Source of the DNA: an uncultured delta proteobacterium
GTDB taxonomy: Bacteria; Myxococcota_A; Polyangia; Polyangiales; Polyangiaceae
Direction: 5' to 3'
Assembly (NCBI GenBank): GCA_963782055.1
Contig: CAWAIF010000003.1
Coordinates: 32,001 to 96,000, forward strand
DNA length: 64,000 nt
The notes under the pieces were generated by a model. That model did not search any database, had not been told where the DNA came from, and saw nothing but the letters and a program-made list of their open reading frames with translations. Every line of letters begins with the position of its first letter. Within the stretch, counting starts at the first letter, position 1. This document shows, piece after piece, positions 49,564-59,121 of this stretch. The translations under genes and the position numbers were made by a program.

Positions 49564-50535
49564 CTACTTCTCCTCGCAGACGCCCGAGACGGTGCGGCGG
49601 CCGAGGACCAGCGTGCACTGCTTGAGGATGTCCATCGCCAGGACGCCGTCGCGCGGGCAGAAAGGATCCTCCGCGCCGGGAATGAGGTCCACGTTGCGCA
49701 TCGCCTCCACCGCTCCCACGTTCATCCTGGCGCCCCTCACCGTGCGGGGCGTGACCCGCCCCGACGCCGCGTAGACCGCCTCCTTCGACTCCTCGCTGCG
49801 CGGCAACAGCGCCTTGCCCACCTTGGACGTCATGAGCAGGTCCGACTGGTGGGCGCCGGTGTCGATGAGCAGGCGCGCGTCGTGGCCCTCGACCGTCGCG
49901 TTCACCACGAAGGCGAGGCCGTGGAAGGGGCTCTCGTCGTCCACGCACGCGTGCGGCGGCTCCAGGGTGAGCAAGCTGCCGACCGCGGTGGGGGTGGCGT
50001 CCACCGCGATGGTGCGCATCTCGGAGTGGGGGAAGTCGAGCACGACATCGAGGCCATCCCCGGCGAGCTGCTGCGGCGAGAGAAACACGCCGATGCCGAG
50101 GCGCGAGACGGCCTCCGGCACGTCGGTCACCAGCATGGACTGGTCTGCGAGCTCGCCCCAGCCGTCGATGCTGACGTGCGGGTGCGGCGCCCGCCGCGTC
50201 TCGATGGGGCGGCCGACGTGGTCGGTCCCGGTGTCCCCCAGGCTGAGCGTGGTGAGGCCCACCTTGCGCGCGAGCCACCCGGCGATGACGTGCGAGTTGG
50301 CGCCGGTGTCGACCAGGAAGATGGTCTCCTCGCCGGCGACCTTGCCGTGGACGATGGGCAGCGGGAAGGGCTTGCCGTTGAGGGTGAACTCCAGGTCCAC
50401 CTTGCGCGGGCCCTCGCCTCCCACCGACGCCTTCGTCCCGCGGTGCGCGCTCGACGCGCCCTTGCCGCCGGAGGACGAAGGGCCGCACGCTGCGAGCAGC
50501 AGGCAAGTGGCGAGCGCCACACGATGGGACGACAC
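49564..50535 (-). CDS. Lipoprotein with two retropepsin-like aspartic protease domains
   Basis: Lipobox LAAC; LVDTGA and LIDTGA; DGVLAMD. Confidence 0.85.
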   Translation of the reverse strand: MSSHRVALATCLLLAACGPSSSGGKGASSAHRGTKASVGGEGPRKVDLEFTLNGKPFPLPIVHGKVAGEETIFLVDTGANSHVIAGWLARKVGLTTLSLGDTGTDHVGRPIETRRAPHPHVSIDGWGELADQSMLVTDVPEAVSRLGIGVFLSPQQLAGDGLDVVLDFPHSEMRTIAVDATPTAVGSLLTLEPPHACVDDESPFHGLAFVVNATVEGHDARLLIDTGAHQSDLLMTSKVGKALLPRSEESKEAVYAASGRVTPRTVRGARMNVGAVEAMRNVDLIPGAEDPFCPRDGVLAMDILKQCTLVLGRRTVSGVCEEK

Positions 50536-50690
50536 GACGAGAACACACTAGGTCGCTGGGAGCGATTCGGCCATGCCGAAACGCGCCCGGTCGCCCCTCC
50601 GTGTGGCCTGCAGCGCCCTGGACGGCTGAGGCGGGCTCCGGGACACCCGGGTGGGACAATCCTTCGCGTTTCGTTGACCGGCGGTCCTTG

Positions 50691-50708
50691 GATGAATCAT
50701 CATTCATC
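50691..50708. promoter_or_regulatory. Probable TetR operator
   Basis: AT-rich inverted repeat GATGAAT-catc-ATTCATC ending 2 nt before the TetR GTG; TTGACC upstream near 50675. Confidence 0.7.
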
Positions 50709-50710
50709 AA

Positions 50711-51358
50711 GTGAACGCGGCGATCCGCAAGCGCGCTCCGTCCTCGCGCCGCGCCGAAGCCAAGGCGCTCTTCCGCAACGCCATCCTGGACGCGGCCGAG
50801 GAGGTCTTCGCCGAGAAGGGCTTCCACGCCGCGCGCATCCAGGACATCGCCGCGCGCGCGCGCACCGGGGTCGGCACCGTCTACAACCACTTCGAGCAGA
50901 AGGAGGACGTGCTCGTCGCCCTGCTCGACGAGCGCACGCGCGTCGTCGTCGCGGCGATCGAGCCGAGGCCGGGGGACGGCAAGGACTTCGAGCGGCGCGC
51001 GCGGGCGCAGCTCGCGCGGATGCTGGCGGCGCTGGCGAAGCACCGCGCCTTCTTCGGCGTGGCGTTCGAGTACGGGCTCATCGGTCCGGCGAGCGCGGCG
51101 GGCGCCCTCGTGCTGAAGGGTCGCCGCGTCAAGCAGCCGGAGCGGTTCCGAGCCGCCATGCTCGCCCTGCTGGAGGATGGCGTCGCCTCCGGGGCGCTCG
51201 CCCCGCGCCAGCCGGTGCGGCTGGTGCGCTTCCTGGGCGGGGCGCTGCGGGCCTTCATGCTGGACCCGCAGTCGACGAACGAGCCGTTCGACCCCGAGGA
51301 GCGCGCCGCGCAGGTGGTGGACCTGTTCCTGCACGGCGCCGCCCGCCGCGGGCGGTAG
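50711..51358 (+). CDS. TetR/AcrR family regulator
   Basis: ILDAAEEVFAEKGF...DIA...GTVYNHFEQKE. Confidence 0.93.
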   Translation: MNAAIRKRAPSSRRAEAKALFRNAILDAAEEVFAEKGFHAARIQDIAARARTGVGTVYNHFEQKEDVLVALLDERTRVVVAAIEPRPGDGKDFERRARAQLARMLAALAKHRAFFGVAFEYGLIGPASAAGALVLKGRRVKQPERFRAAMLALLEDGVASGALAPRQPVRLVRFLGGALRAFMLDPQSTNEPFDPEERAAQVVDLFLHGAARRGR

Positions 51359-51390
51359 CGGCGAGAGGCGCGCCGCCCCGGCGGCGACCC

Positions 51391-51418
51391 TTGACCCCTC
51401 CAGCGCGTTGGGTAGCCT
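51391..51418 (+). promoter_or_regulatory. Putative sigma-70 promoter of fbaB
   Basis: TTGACC-N16-TAGCCT; AAGGAG RBS downstream. Confidence 0.5.
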
Positions 51419-51445
51419 CCGTCCCCCTATCGAAGGAGCGCCCCG

Positions 51446-52372
51446 ATGCCCATGACCGACCGCGTGAAGCAGATCCTCTCCTTTTATGGCTCCGACAGCC
51501 CGGGCGTCAAAGCCAACCTGTATCGCATGCTCAACCACGGCGCGCTCGCCGGCACGGGCAAGATGGTCATCCTGCCCGTCGACCAGGGCTTCGAGCACGG
51601 GCCGGTGCGCTCCTTCCAGCCCAACCCGCCTGCCTACGATCCCGACTACCACCCGCAGCTCGCGGTCGACGCCGGATGCAACGCGTACGCCGCGCCGCTC
51701 GGCTTCCTCGAGGCGGTGGCCGATCGCTACGCCGGGCAGCTCCCGCTGATCCTCAAGCTGAACAACTCGGACACCCTCGCCAAGGTCTCGCAGCCCTGCA
51801 GCGCGGTGACCGGCTCGGTGGAGGACGCGCTGCGCCTCGGCTGCGTCGCCATCGGCTACACCATCTACCCGGGCTCCGGCGATCGCAACATCATGTACGA
51901 GCACCTGCGGGAGCTCATCCTGGAGGCGAAGGCCCACGGCCTGCCGACGATTGTGTGGGCGTACCCGCGCGGCGCCGGCATCTCCAAGGAGGGCGAGACC
52001 GCCGTCGACGTGTGCGGCTACGCCGCGCAGATCTCCGCGCAGCTCGGCGCGCACGTCATCAAGATCAAGCCGCCGAAGGACTTCCTGGAGCAGGATCTGG
52101 CGAAGAAGGTCTTCGAGAAGTACAGCATCCCGACCAAGACGCTGTCTGACCGCGTGCGCCACTGCGTGCAGAGTGCCTTCAACGGCAAGCGCATCCTCAT
52201 CTTCTCCGGCGGGGAGTCGCGCGGCACCGACGAGCTGCTCGCCGACATCAAGGAGATCGCCAGGGGCGGCGCCTTCGGCTCCATCATGGGCCGCAACGCC
52301 TTCCAGCGGCCGCGGAAGGAGGCGCTCAAGCTCCTCGGCGACGTGATCGCGATCTACAAGGCCGCTTCCTGA
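51446..52372 (+). CDS. fbaB: Class I fructose-bisphosphate aldolase (DhnA/FbaB type)
   Basis: ILPVDQGFEHGP, GCNAYA, WAYPRG, LGAHVIKIK, FSGG, GSIMGRNAFQR. Confidence 0.95.
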   Translation: MPMTDRVKQILSFYGSDSPGVKANLYRMLNHGALAGTGKMVILPVDQGFEHGPVRSFQPNPPAYDPDYHPQLAVDAGCNAYAAPLGFLEAVADRYAGQLPLILKLNNSDTLAKVSQPCSAVTGSVEDALRLGCVAIGYTIYPGSGDRNIMYEHLRELILEAKAHGLPTIVWAYPRGAGISKEGETAVDVCGYAAQISAQLGAHVIKIKPPKDFLEQDLAKKVFEKYSIPTKTLSDRVRHCVQSAFNGKRILIFSGGESRGTDELLADIKEIARGGAFGSIMGRNAFQRPRKEALKLLGDVIAIYKAAS

Positions 52373-52522
52373 CGGACGCCGCGCCGCCACAGGCGCCCAC
52401 AACGTGGGCGTTCACCCCCTACTCCCCAGGGAGTATCGACAAGCTCGCTGCATGGAGATGCACTGGACCGATGCGGGGCCATGCGCAGCGAACGCTGGCG
52501 CGGTGCCCCGGGGAGGACCATC

Positions 52523-54221
52523 ATGAAGCGAACGAGGGCTCTGGCGGTGTACGCGTTCACGTTGACCGGCGTCGTGGGGGGGGGGTTGGGGGCCTGCTCC
52601 ACGCGCCCACAGGAGGAAGCCGTCGCACGTTCGTCCGCAGGTCTGACGATCGCGCCGAACCAGCCCATACCAGGACCTCCCTGGCTGCACGAGACAGCGG
52701 TCGCCGCGGTGCTCGACCCGCAGACGCAGATGCGTAGGTGGGTGGTCGGATCCAACAACTGCCAGGACCCGCTGCACTGCAATGGCGGCAAGGTACCCGC
52801 GTGGTCGTTCTCGACCGACCTCACCGGCACGTCCTGGACCACCAGCCTGATGAGCACCGGCGCAGACTGGGGAGATCCGGGCATCGGCTCCAATGGCGTA
52901 TCTTTCGTGCCGGGCGGCGGGCTCCTGGGTGATCCGGGGCTCGCTGCAGTGACCGATCCCTCGATCTCGAACAACGGCTCTCGCGTCATCTACACCAGCG
53001 TCGCCTATGACGGCGCCGGAAACGTGAACTCACCCAGCGACATCGTGGCCGCAGTCTCCGACGACGGGGGAGCGCACTTCCACGACGCACAGTACGTCGA
53101 CATTCCGCTGACGAGCTGCGCAGTGAAGACGGGGGGTTGGAGGAAGAAGTGTGGCGCCGGGGGTACGGATGGCCCCTTCATCCAGTCCGACGCCAGTGGT
53201 CCCTTCAGTACGTACGTATCGTGGACCGCTGGTGGGGACGGATGGATCAACTGGATCCGATTCGATGCGCCGAATGCCGGCGGCGGCTTCACGAGGGGGC
53301 ACTCCAGTCCGGATTCCGAACGACGCCGATACTGGGAGCATCCACCCCAAGTTCGCGTTCGGTACCTTGATCGCGTGCTCGACGCAGACAGAACATGAAG
53401 CGCTGTACGTGGCCTGGCCGGAGGTGGTCTCCGGGCTCTACGCGGGGAGGTGCAATGGTACGCAGTCTTTGGTGCACGTCAGCTGGCGCTGGGCTGTGTA
53501 CGACACGGTGGACCAGGTCTGGTTCCCTCCCGTGGGGAACTGGACCATCGACGACGACACGGCGTGGCCCAACTGCGTGGGCAACCCGATCAACGTCGGC
53601 TACCCCACCGGATGGAACTCGACGAACCAGCCCTTCGCATCGGTCGCCGCGTTCCACAACCAGGTCGCCTTCGTCCACGACCGCTCCGGCTCCCACGGAC
53701 TGGGCACGCGAGTCAGCATCCACGACTACGCGTTGGTTTGCAGCGGCGGGACCCAGGTGCCCGCGCCGGGCCCCATCTACGAAGCCCCGGATCCCTGCTA
53801 CAACACCGCCGGGTGCAACTTCGTCGACGGTGGCCCCGGCGGGAACGGACCGGACGGTGGAGTCGTGGTGGCGGACGAGTGGGGCGCCGTCCTGTCGTTT
53901 CTTGGACCGCCTGCCGTTCCGAACCAGGAGCTCTTGCTGACCTGGTACGGTATGCGCGACGACACCACCTTCAACAACCAGTTTGCACGCGTCTACGGCG
54001 GCGTCACGGGCAACATCTGGGGTAATCCGTTCTTGATGATGCAGCCTGTCGCCGTTGGCACGCCGGGCCAGGCGGTTCCTTGGGACCACAACCTCGCGCC
54101 GTGGTGGGACTATCAGGCCATCGGGGCGGACGCCACATCCAACTCCTTCCTGGCCGCATGGGGCGGGGACGCTCGCTATGGCGGCCCGACGGCCATCTGG
54201 ACGGCGAGGGTCTTCCCGTGA
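52523..54221 (+). pseudogene. Cys/Trp-rich exported lipoprotein (sialidase/BNR-like propeller); +1 frameshift at G5 53295-53299
   Basis: GGAGG RBS, lipobox LGAC, Asp-box-like STDLTGTSW and SDDGGAHF, GDP motifs; removing one G joins GGGFTRG-TPVRIPND; codon usage less GC3-biased than flanks. Confidence 0.75.
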
Positions 54222-55186
54222 CGCAGCGCATCCGCCGTGGGCTGTCGCTTGCGGCCCTCGGACTCTGCGCTTGCGGGAGCACGCCCTCCGGGACGCCGGC
54301 AGACGCCGGCCCTCCGGAGGCGAGCGATGACGCCGGCGCGCCCCGGTGCGACGTCTCCGCTCCGTTCCAGGCAGCCGTACCCCTCGCGGGGATCGACACG
54401 CCCGACCACGACGAATACGACGTGCGGCTGACGCCCGACGAGCTCACGGCGTACTTCGTCAGCAACCGCGCGAGGGCGATGGCGAATCAGTCGGACGTGT
54501 TCGTGGCGACGCGCGACGCGGTCGGGGTGCCCTTCGGGACGCCAGCGCTCGTGCCGGGCATGGCGAACCCCAACGCGTCGGCCGAGGATCCGAACGTCAC
54601 GCCGGATCAACTCTCGCTGGTCTTCATCGGGGCGTGTAACAACATCTTCGACAGGCCGCCGCGTCTCTGCCAGGCGACGCGCCCGAGCACCTCGGTACCC
54701 TTCGGGACGCCCACGTTCATCACCACCGTGAACACCGGAGGCAGTCCCTATGTCGTTGACGATGGGCTCACCGTCTACTTCGAGACGAACCAGTGGGGCG
54801 GCGCGGACATCGGGGTGTCGCGGCGACCGGCGGTGGGCCAGCCCTTCGGGACCGCCCCGGCCATGGTGAAGGTCACCGGGATGGGAGACGCCGGCCCCGT
54901 GCTGCTCAACGGCCCCGTCCTCACGCCGGACGAGCGGACGATGTTCTTCTACCGGGCGGAGCTGCTCTCCGGACGGCAGATCGGCAACATCTGGCAAGCA
55001 ACCCGCGCGTCGACGGACGCGCCGTTCGGGGACGCAGGCGCCGTCGCCAGCCTCGCCACCGCCGCCGGTGAGTATGCGAACTGGATCTCCCCGGACGGCT
55101 GCAGGCTCTACTTCACCCGCGCGATCCCCACCGACCCCGCGGGGGATTTCCAGCAGGACATCTACGTGAGCGAGCGTGTGCACTGA
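54218..55186 (+). CDS. PD40/TolB-like beta-propeller lipoprotein, copy 1
   Basis: GTGA overlap with the upstream stop; lipobox LCAC; repeated (L/V)TPDE..YF...ATR....PFG units. Confidence 0.85.
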   Translation: MTQRIRRGLSLAALGLCACGSTPSGTPADAGPPEASDDAGAPRCDVSAPFQAAVPLAGIDTPDHDEYDVRLTPDELTAYFVSNRARAMANQSDVFVATRDAVGVPFGTPALVPGMANPNASAEDPNVTPDQLSLVFIGACNNIFDRPPRLCQATRPSTSVPFGTPTFITTVNTGGSPYVVDDGLTVYFETNQWGGADIGVSRRPAVGQPFGTAPAMVKVTGMGDAGPVLLNGPVLTPDERTMFFYRAELLSGRQIGNIWQATRASTDAPFGDAGAVASLATAAGEYANWISPDGCRLYFTRAIPTDPAGDFQQDIYVSERVH

Positions 55187-55214
55187 CGCGGCACTCCGGG
55201 TGTCCCATCGTCGG

Positions 55215-55397
55215 ATGGCACAAGTCGTGAACGGCACGCAGGGCCAGACGGTTCCGTGGCACCACAACCTCGCGCCGTGGTGGGACCACCAGGCCATCGG
55301 GGCGGACGCCACATCCAACTCCTTCCTGGCCGCATGGGGCGGGGACGCTCGCTATGGCGGCCCGACAGGCCTCTGGACGGCGAGGGTCTTCCCGTGA
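55215..55397 (+). pseudogene. 60-aa orphan copy of the C-terminus of the 52523-54221 lipoprotein
   Basis: MAQVVNGTQGQTVPWHHNLAPWWDHQAIG...WTARVFP versus GTPGQAVPWDHNLAPWWDYQAIG...WTARVFP. Confidence 0.8.
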
Positions 55398-56362
55398 CGC
55401 AGCGCATCTGCCGTGGGCTGTCGCTTGCGGCCCTCGGACTCTGCGCTTGCGGGAGCACGCCCTCCGGGACGCCGGCAGACGCCGGCCCTCCGGAGGCGAG
55501 CGATGACGCCGGCGCGCCCCGGTGCGACGTCTCCGCTCCGTTCCAGGCAGCCGTACCCCTCGCGGGGATCGACACGCCCGACCACGACGAGTACGACGTG
55601 CGGCTGACGCCCGACGAACGCACGGCGTACTTCATCAGCAACCGCGCACGCGCGGACCCGACCCAGTCGGACGTGTTCGTGGCGACGCGCGACGCGGTCG
55701 GGGAGCCGTTCGGGACGCCGGCGCTCGTGCCGGGCATGGCGTATCCCAACGCCTCGGCCGAGGATCCGAACGTCACGCCGGATCAGCTCTCGCTGGTGTT
55801 CATTGGCGCGCCCAACACCATCTTCGACAGGCCGCCTCGACTCTGCGAGGCGACGCGCCCGAGCACCTCGGTACCCTTCGGGACGCCCACGTTCATCACC
55901 ACCGTGAACACCGGAGCCGCGCCCTACCTCGTCAACGATGGGCTCACAGTGTACTTCGTGACGCACCAGTGGGGCGGCGAGGACATCGGGGTGTCGCGGC
56001 GACCGGCGGTGGGCCAGCCCTTCGGGACCGCCCCGGCCTTGGTGCCAGTCACCGGGATGGGAGACGCCGGCCCCGTGCTGCTCAACGGCCCAGTCCTCAC
56101 GCCGGACGAGCGGACGATGTTCTTCGTGCGGGTGGATCTGGTGTCGGGGCGGGTGCTCGGCAACATCTGGCAGGCCAGCCGCGCGTCGACGGACGCGCCG
56201 TTCGGGGACGCCGGCGCCGTCGGCAGCCTCGCCACCGCCGCCGGTGAGGCTGCGAACTGGATCTCCCCGGACGGCTGCAGGCTCTACTTCACCCGCGCGA
56301 TCCCCACCGACCCCGCGGGGGACTTCCAGCAGGACATCTACGTGAGCGAGCGGGCGCGCTGA
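55394..56362 (+). CDS. PD40/TolB-like beta-propeller lipoprotein, copy 2
   Basis: Same length and architecture as copy 1 with clustered substitutions. Confidence 0.85.
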   Translation: MTQRICRGLSLAALGLCACGSTPSGTPADAGPPEASDDAGAPRCDVSAPFQAAVPLAGIDTPDHDEYDVRLTPDERTAYFISNRARADPTQSDVFVATRDAVGEPFGTPALVPGMAYPNASAEDPNVTPDQLSLVFIGAPNTIFDRPPRLCEATRPSTSVPFGTPTFITTVNTGAAPYLVNDGLTVYFVTHQWGGEDIGVSRRPAVGQPFGTAPALVPVTGMGDAGPVLLNGPVLTPDERTMFFVRVDLVSGRVLGNIWQASRASTDAPFGDAGAVGSLATAAGEAANWISPDGCRLYFTRAIPTDPAGDFQQDIYVSERAR

Positions 56363-56487
56363 CGCGTCATTCCGGGTGCCTCGCCTCGTTCGTGCCCACG
56401 CCCGGCAAGACCGGCTGGCGACACTCACCTCAGAGTGACGCGGTCTCCCTTGTGCTTCCCCCCACCTGGGGCGAAATAGCGCCCGCC

Positions 56488-57519
56488 ATGACCGAGAGCC
56501 TCTCGCACATCCCGCCGGCCGCCGCCCCGCTGGTGGGCACCACCCTCCGCGACCACGTCCTGGCCGGGATGCGCGCCGCGCCGGGCTCGACCGGCGAGTT
56601 CACCTCGCTCCTCAGCCACGTCTCGCTGGCCATGCGCATCATCGCCATGCGCGTGCGCAACGCCGGCCTCGCCAACATGCTCGGCTACACCGGCGACACC
56701 AACGTGCAGGGCGAGGCGGTGCAGAAGCTGGACGAGTTCGCCAACGAGGTGCTCATCAACGTGCTCGAGCGCAGCGGGCACTGCGGCATCCTCGGCAGCG
56801 AGGAGCTGGACACCGCGCGCATCGCCGGGCATCCGGGCAAGTACGTGGTGCTCTTCGACCCCCTCGATGGCTCGAGCAACATCGACGTCAACGTCACCAT
56901 CGGCACCATCTTCGCGGTGCTCCGGCGCCTCGACCCCACCTCGCCGCCGACCGTCCACGAGGCGCTGCGCCCGGGCCGCGACATCATCGCCGCCGGCTAC
57001 TGCCTCTACGGCCCCTCCACCGTGATGGTGCTCTCCACCGGCCACGGCGTGCACTCCTTCACCCTCAACCCGACCGTCGGCGAGTTCTTCCTCTCCCACG
57101 CCAACGTGCGCTGCGCCGCGCGTGGCGGCACCTACTCGGTCAACGAGGGCAACCACGCCCGCTGGACCGACGGCGTGAAGAAGTGGAACGCGTGGATCAA
57201 GGGCGAGGACAAGGAGGAGGGCCGCCCGTACGGGCACCGCTACGTCGGGTCGCTGGTGGCCGACGCGCACCGCACGCTCCTGCGCGGCGGCGTCTTCGCC
57301 TACCCCGCCGACAAGAAGAGCCCCAAGGGCAAGCTGCGGCTGCTCTACGAGGCCAACCCGATGGCCTTCATCTTCGAGCAGGCGGGCGGCGCCGCCATTG
57401 ACGGCGAGCATCGCATCCTGGACATCGTGCCCCAGACGCTCCACCAGCGGGCCCCGCTGATCCTCGGGTCGAAGGACGACGTCGAGGACTTCCGCGCGTT
57501 CGCGACCGGCGCCCGCTGA
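56488..57519 (+). CDS. fbp: Class 1 fructose-1,6-bisphosphatase
   Basis: NVQGE.VQKLD, SEE, FDPLDGSSNID, YSVNEGN, RYVGSLVAD, GKLRLLYEANP. Confidence 0.96.
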   Translation: MTESLSHIPPAAAPLVGTTLRDHVLAGMRAAPGSTGEFTSLLSHVSLAMRIIAMRVRNAGLANMLGYTGDTNVQGEAVQKLDEFANEVLINVLERSGHCGILGSEELDTARIAGHPGKYVVLFDPLDGSSNIDVNVTIGTIFAVLRRLDPTSPPTVHEALRPGRDIIAAGYCLYGPSTVMVLSTGHGVHSFTLNPTVGEFFLSHANVRCAARGGTYSVNEGNHARWTDGVKKWNAWIKGEDKEEGRPYGHRYVGSLVADAHRTLLRGGVFAYPADKKSPKGKLRLLYEANPMAFIFEQAGGAAIDGEHRILDIVPQTLHQRAPLILGSKDDVEDFRAFATGAR

Positions 57520-57596
57520 ACGCGCTCGCGTCCCTTTGACGCCCGGCCGTCGGGCGGGTTACTCCTGTTCGCCCAAGGAAGGAAGAGGATGGCTCC

Positions 57597-58391
57597 ATGA
57601 AGAAGCTCGCCGTCGCGCTCGCGCTCGTCACGCTGGTCGGATGTCACAAGACGGAGAAGGCTACCGCTGCCGGAGACTCCGGCGCCGCCGCCACGTCCAC
57701 CACCGAGACACCCTCCGTGGTGCAGAAGGCCCTCTCCTTCGTGACGGGCAGCACGCCCTTCGAGGGCGACATCACGATGAACGTGTCCGACCACGGCAAG
57801 CCCCCGCAGACCATCACCTACGAGGTCAAGGGCAGCAAGATGCGCTTCGACGCGCCTACGGGCAGGCCAGGCGGCTCGGGCTACGCCATCATGGACACCA
57901 GCAACAAGAAGATGATCACCGTCGTCGACGCCCAGAAGCTGGCGATGGTCATGAACATGGACGACGTCGGCAAGGGCGCCGGGCCCGCCGCGGCCGCGGG
58001 GGCCGCCGCCGCACCCAAGATCGACAAGACCGGAAAGACCGACACCGTCGCCGGCTACCAGTGCGACATCTGGAACGTCACCGCGCAGAGCGGCAACAAG
58101 AGCGAGGTGTGCGTGACCAAGGGCATCACCTGGTTCTCCTCCATGAAGGACCCCTCCAAGGCGTGGATGAGCACGCTCACCGGCGAGGGCATGTTCCCGC
58201 TCCGCGCGGTGACCAGCGACCCGACCGGCAAGGAGGTCTCGCGCATGGAGGTCACCAAGGTGGACAAGAAGTCGATCGACGACTCCCGCTTCGAGGTCCC
58301 CGCCGGCTACAAGACGATGGACATGGGGGACATGATGAAGAACCTCGGCAACATGCGGGGCATGGGCGCGATGGGGCACCACCCGCGCTGA
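57597..58391 (+). CDS. DUF4412-like lipoprotein
   Basis: Lipobox LVGC; FEG.I, KMRFD, KTGKTDTVAGYQC, FPLR, FEVPAGYK. Confidence 0.8.
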   Translation: MKKLAVALALVTLVGCHKTEKATAAGDSGAAATSTTETPSVVQKALSFVTGSTPFEGDITMNVSDHGKPPQTITYEVKGSKMRFDAPTGRPGGSGYAIMDTSNKKMITVVDAQKLAMVMNMDDVGKGAGPAAAAGAAAAPKIDKTGKTDTVAGYQCDIWNVTAQSGNKSEVCVTKGITWFSSMKDPSKAWMSTLTGEGMFPLRAVTSDPTGKEVSRMEVTKVDKKSIDDSRFEVPAGYKTMDMGDMMKNLGNMRGMGAMGHHPR

Positions 58392-58440
58392 GCCTCACCC
58401 TCCGTCTCCCTCTCCACCTCGTGGAGAGGGGGAGGAGGGT
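58392..58440. repeat. REP-like hairpin (second copy)
   Basis: gcctcaccc...ccctctccac-ctc-gtggagaggg...ggagggt; between convergent genes, immediately after TGA as at 16434. Confidence 0.8.
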
Positions 58441-59096
58441 CACACGCCCTTCGCGTCGGGCGGCCAGATGTACTTGTGCATCTGGAGCTGCACCCGGACG
58501 GGCAGCGCGTCCTGCAGCACCCACGCCACCAGCTCGCGCGCGGCGAGGCGGCCGAAGACGGTGCTCGCCAGCAGGTTGGGGGTGCGCTCTGCCAGGTGCC
58601 GCTCCCGCACCGTGTCGCGCATCCACTCGTAGTCGCGCCGGTCCTGCAGCACGAACTTGATCTCGTCGCGCGCGGTGAGGTGCTCCAGGTTGCTCCAGCG
58701 GTTGCGCGGCGACTCCCCGGAGCCCGGCGCCTTGAGGTCCATGATCTTGTGCACGCGCGCATCCACCCGCGAGACGTCCGCCTCGCCGCTCGTCTCGACG
58801 AGCACCGTCTTGCCGGCGTCGCACAGCTCGGTCAGGAGCAGCGGTACGCCGGGCTGCAGCAGCGGCTCGCCGCCTGTCAGCTCCACCAGCCTCGTGCCCA
58901 GGGCCAGTGCCTTCGCCAGCACCTCTTCTCTTCGCATGCGCGTCCCGTCGTAAAACGCCTGAGGCGTATCGCACCAGGCGCAGCGCAGGTTGCAGCCGGT
59001 GGTCCGGACGAAGGCGCACGGCAGCCCGGCGAAGGTCGATTCGCCCTGGATGCTCGCGTAGATCTCGTGGATGACGAGGGTGTCTTCCTTGGCCAT
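58440..59096 (-). CDS. queE: 7-carboxy-7-deazaguanine synthase (radical SAM)
   Basis: EIYASIQGES, FVRTTGCNLRCAWCDT, TGGEPLLQ, ETSG, D.K.PGSG, QMHK. Confidence 0.9.
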   Translation of the reverse strand: MAKEDTLVIHEIYASIQGESTFAGLPCAFVRTTGCNLRCAWCDTPQAFYDGTRMRREEVLAKALALGTRLVELTGGEPLLQPGVPLLLTELCDAGKTVLVETSGEADVSRVDARVHKIMDLKAPGSGESPRNRWSNLEHLTARDEIKFVLQDRRDYEWMRDTVRERHLAERTPNLLASTVFGRLAARELVAWVLQDALPVRVQLQMHKYIWPPDAKGV

Positions 59097-59121
59097 GGCG
59101 CGGGAGGCGTGACGGGGTGGG

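Larger units (their letters stand above)
54057..56378 (+). repeat. Direct tandem duplication, period 1176 bp (54057-55202 and 55233-56378)
   Basis: Near-identical sequence at constant offset 1176 with a 30-bp unique junction. Confidence 0.95.

Noticed and set aside
55216..55230. Sigma-54 promoter TGGCACAAGTCGTGA at the duplication junction
   Set aside because: The -12 dinucleotide is GA rather than the conserved GC.
54057..56378. Diversity-generating retroelement TR/VR pair
   Set aside because: Differences are not adenine-specific, the repeat spans whole genes, and no reverse transcriptase is in the window.
58440..59096. queE as part of a 7-deazaguanine DNA-modification (dpd) island
   Set aside because: No dpdA/tgt-like, queC, queD or folE nearby; the context looks housekeeping.
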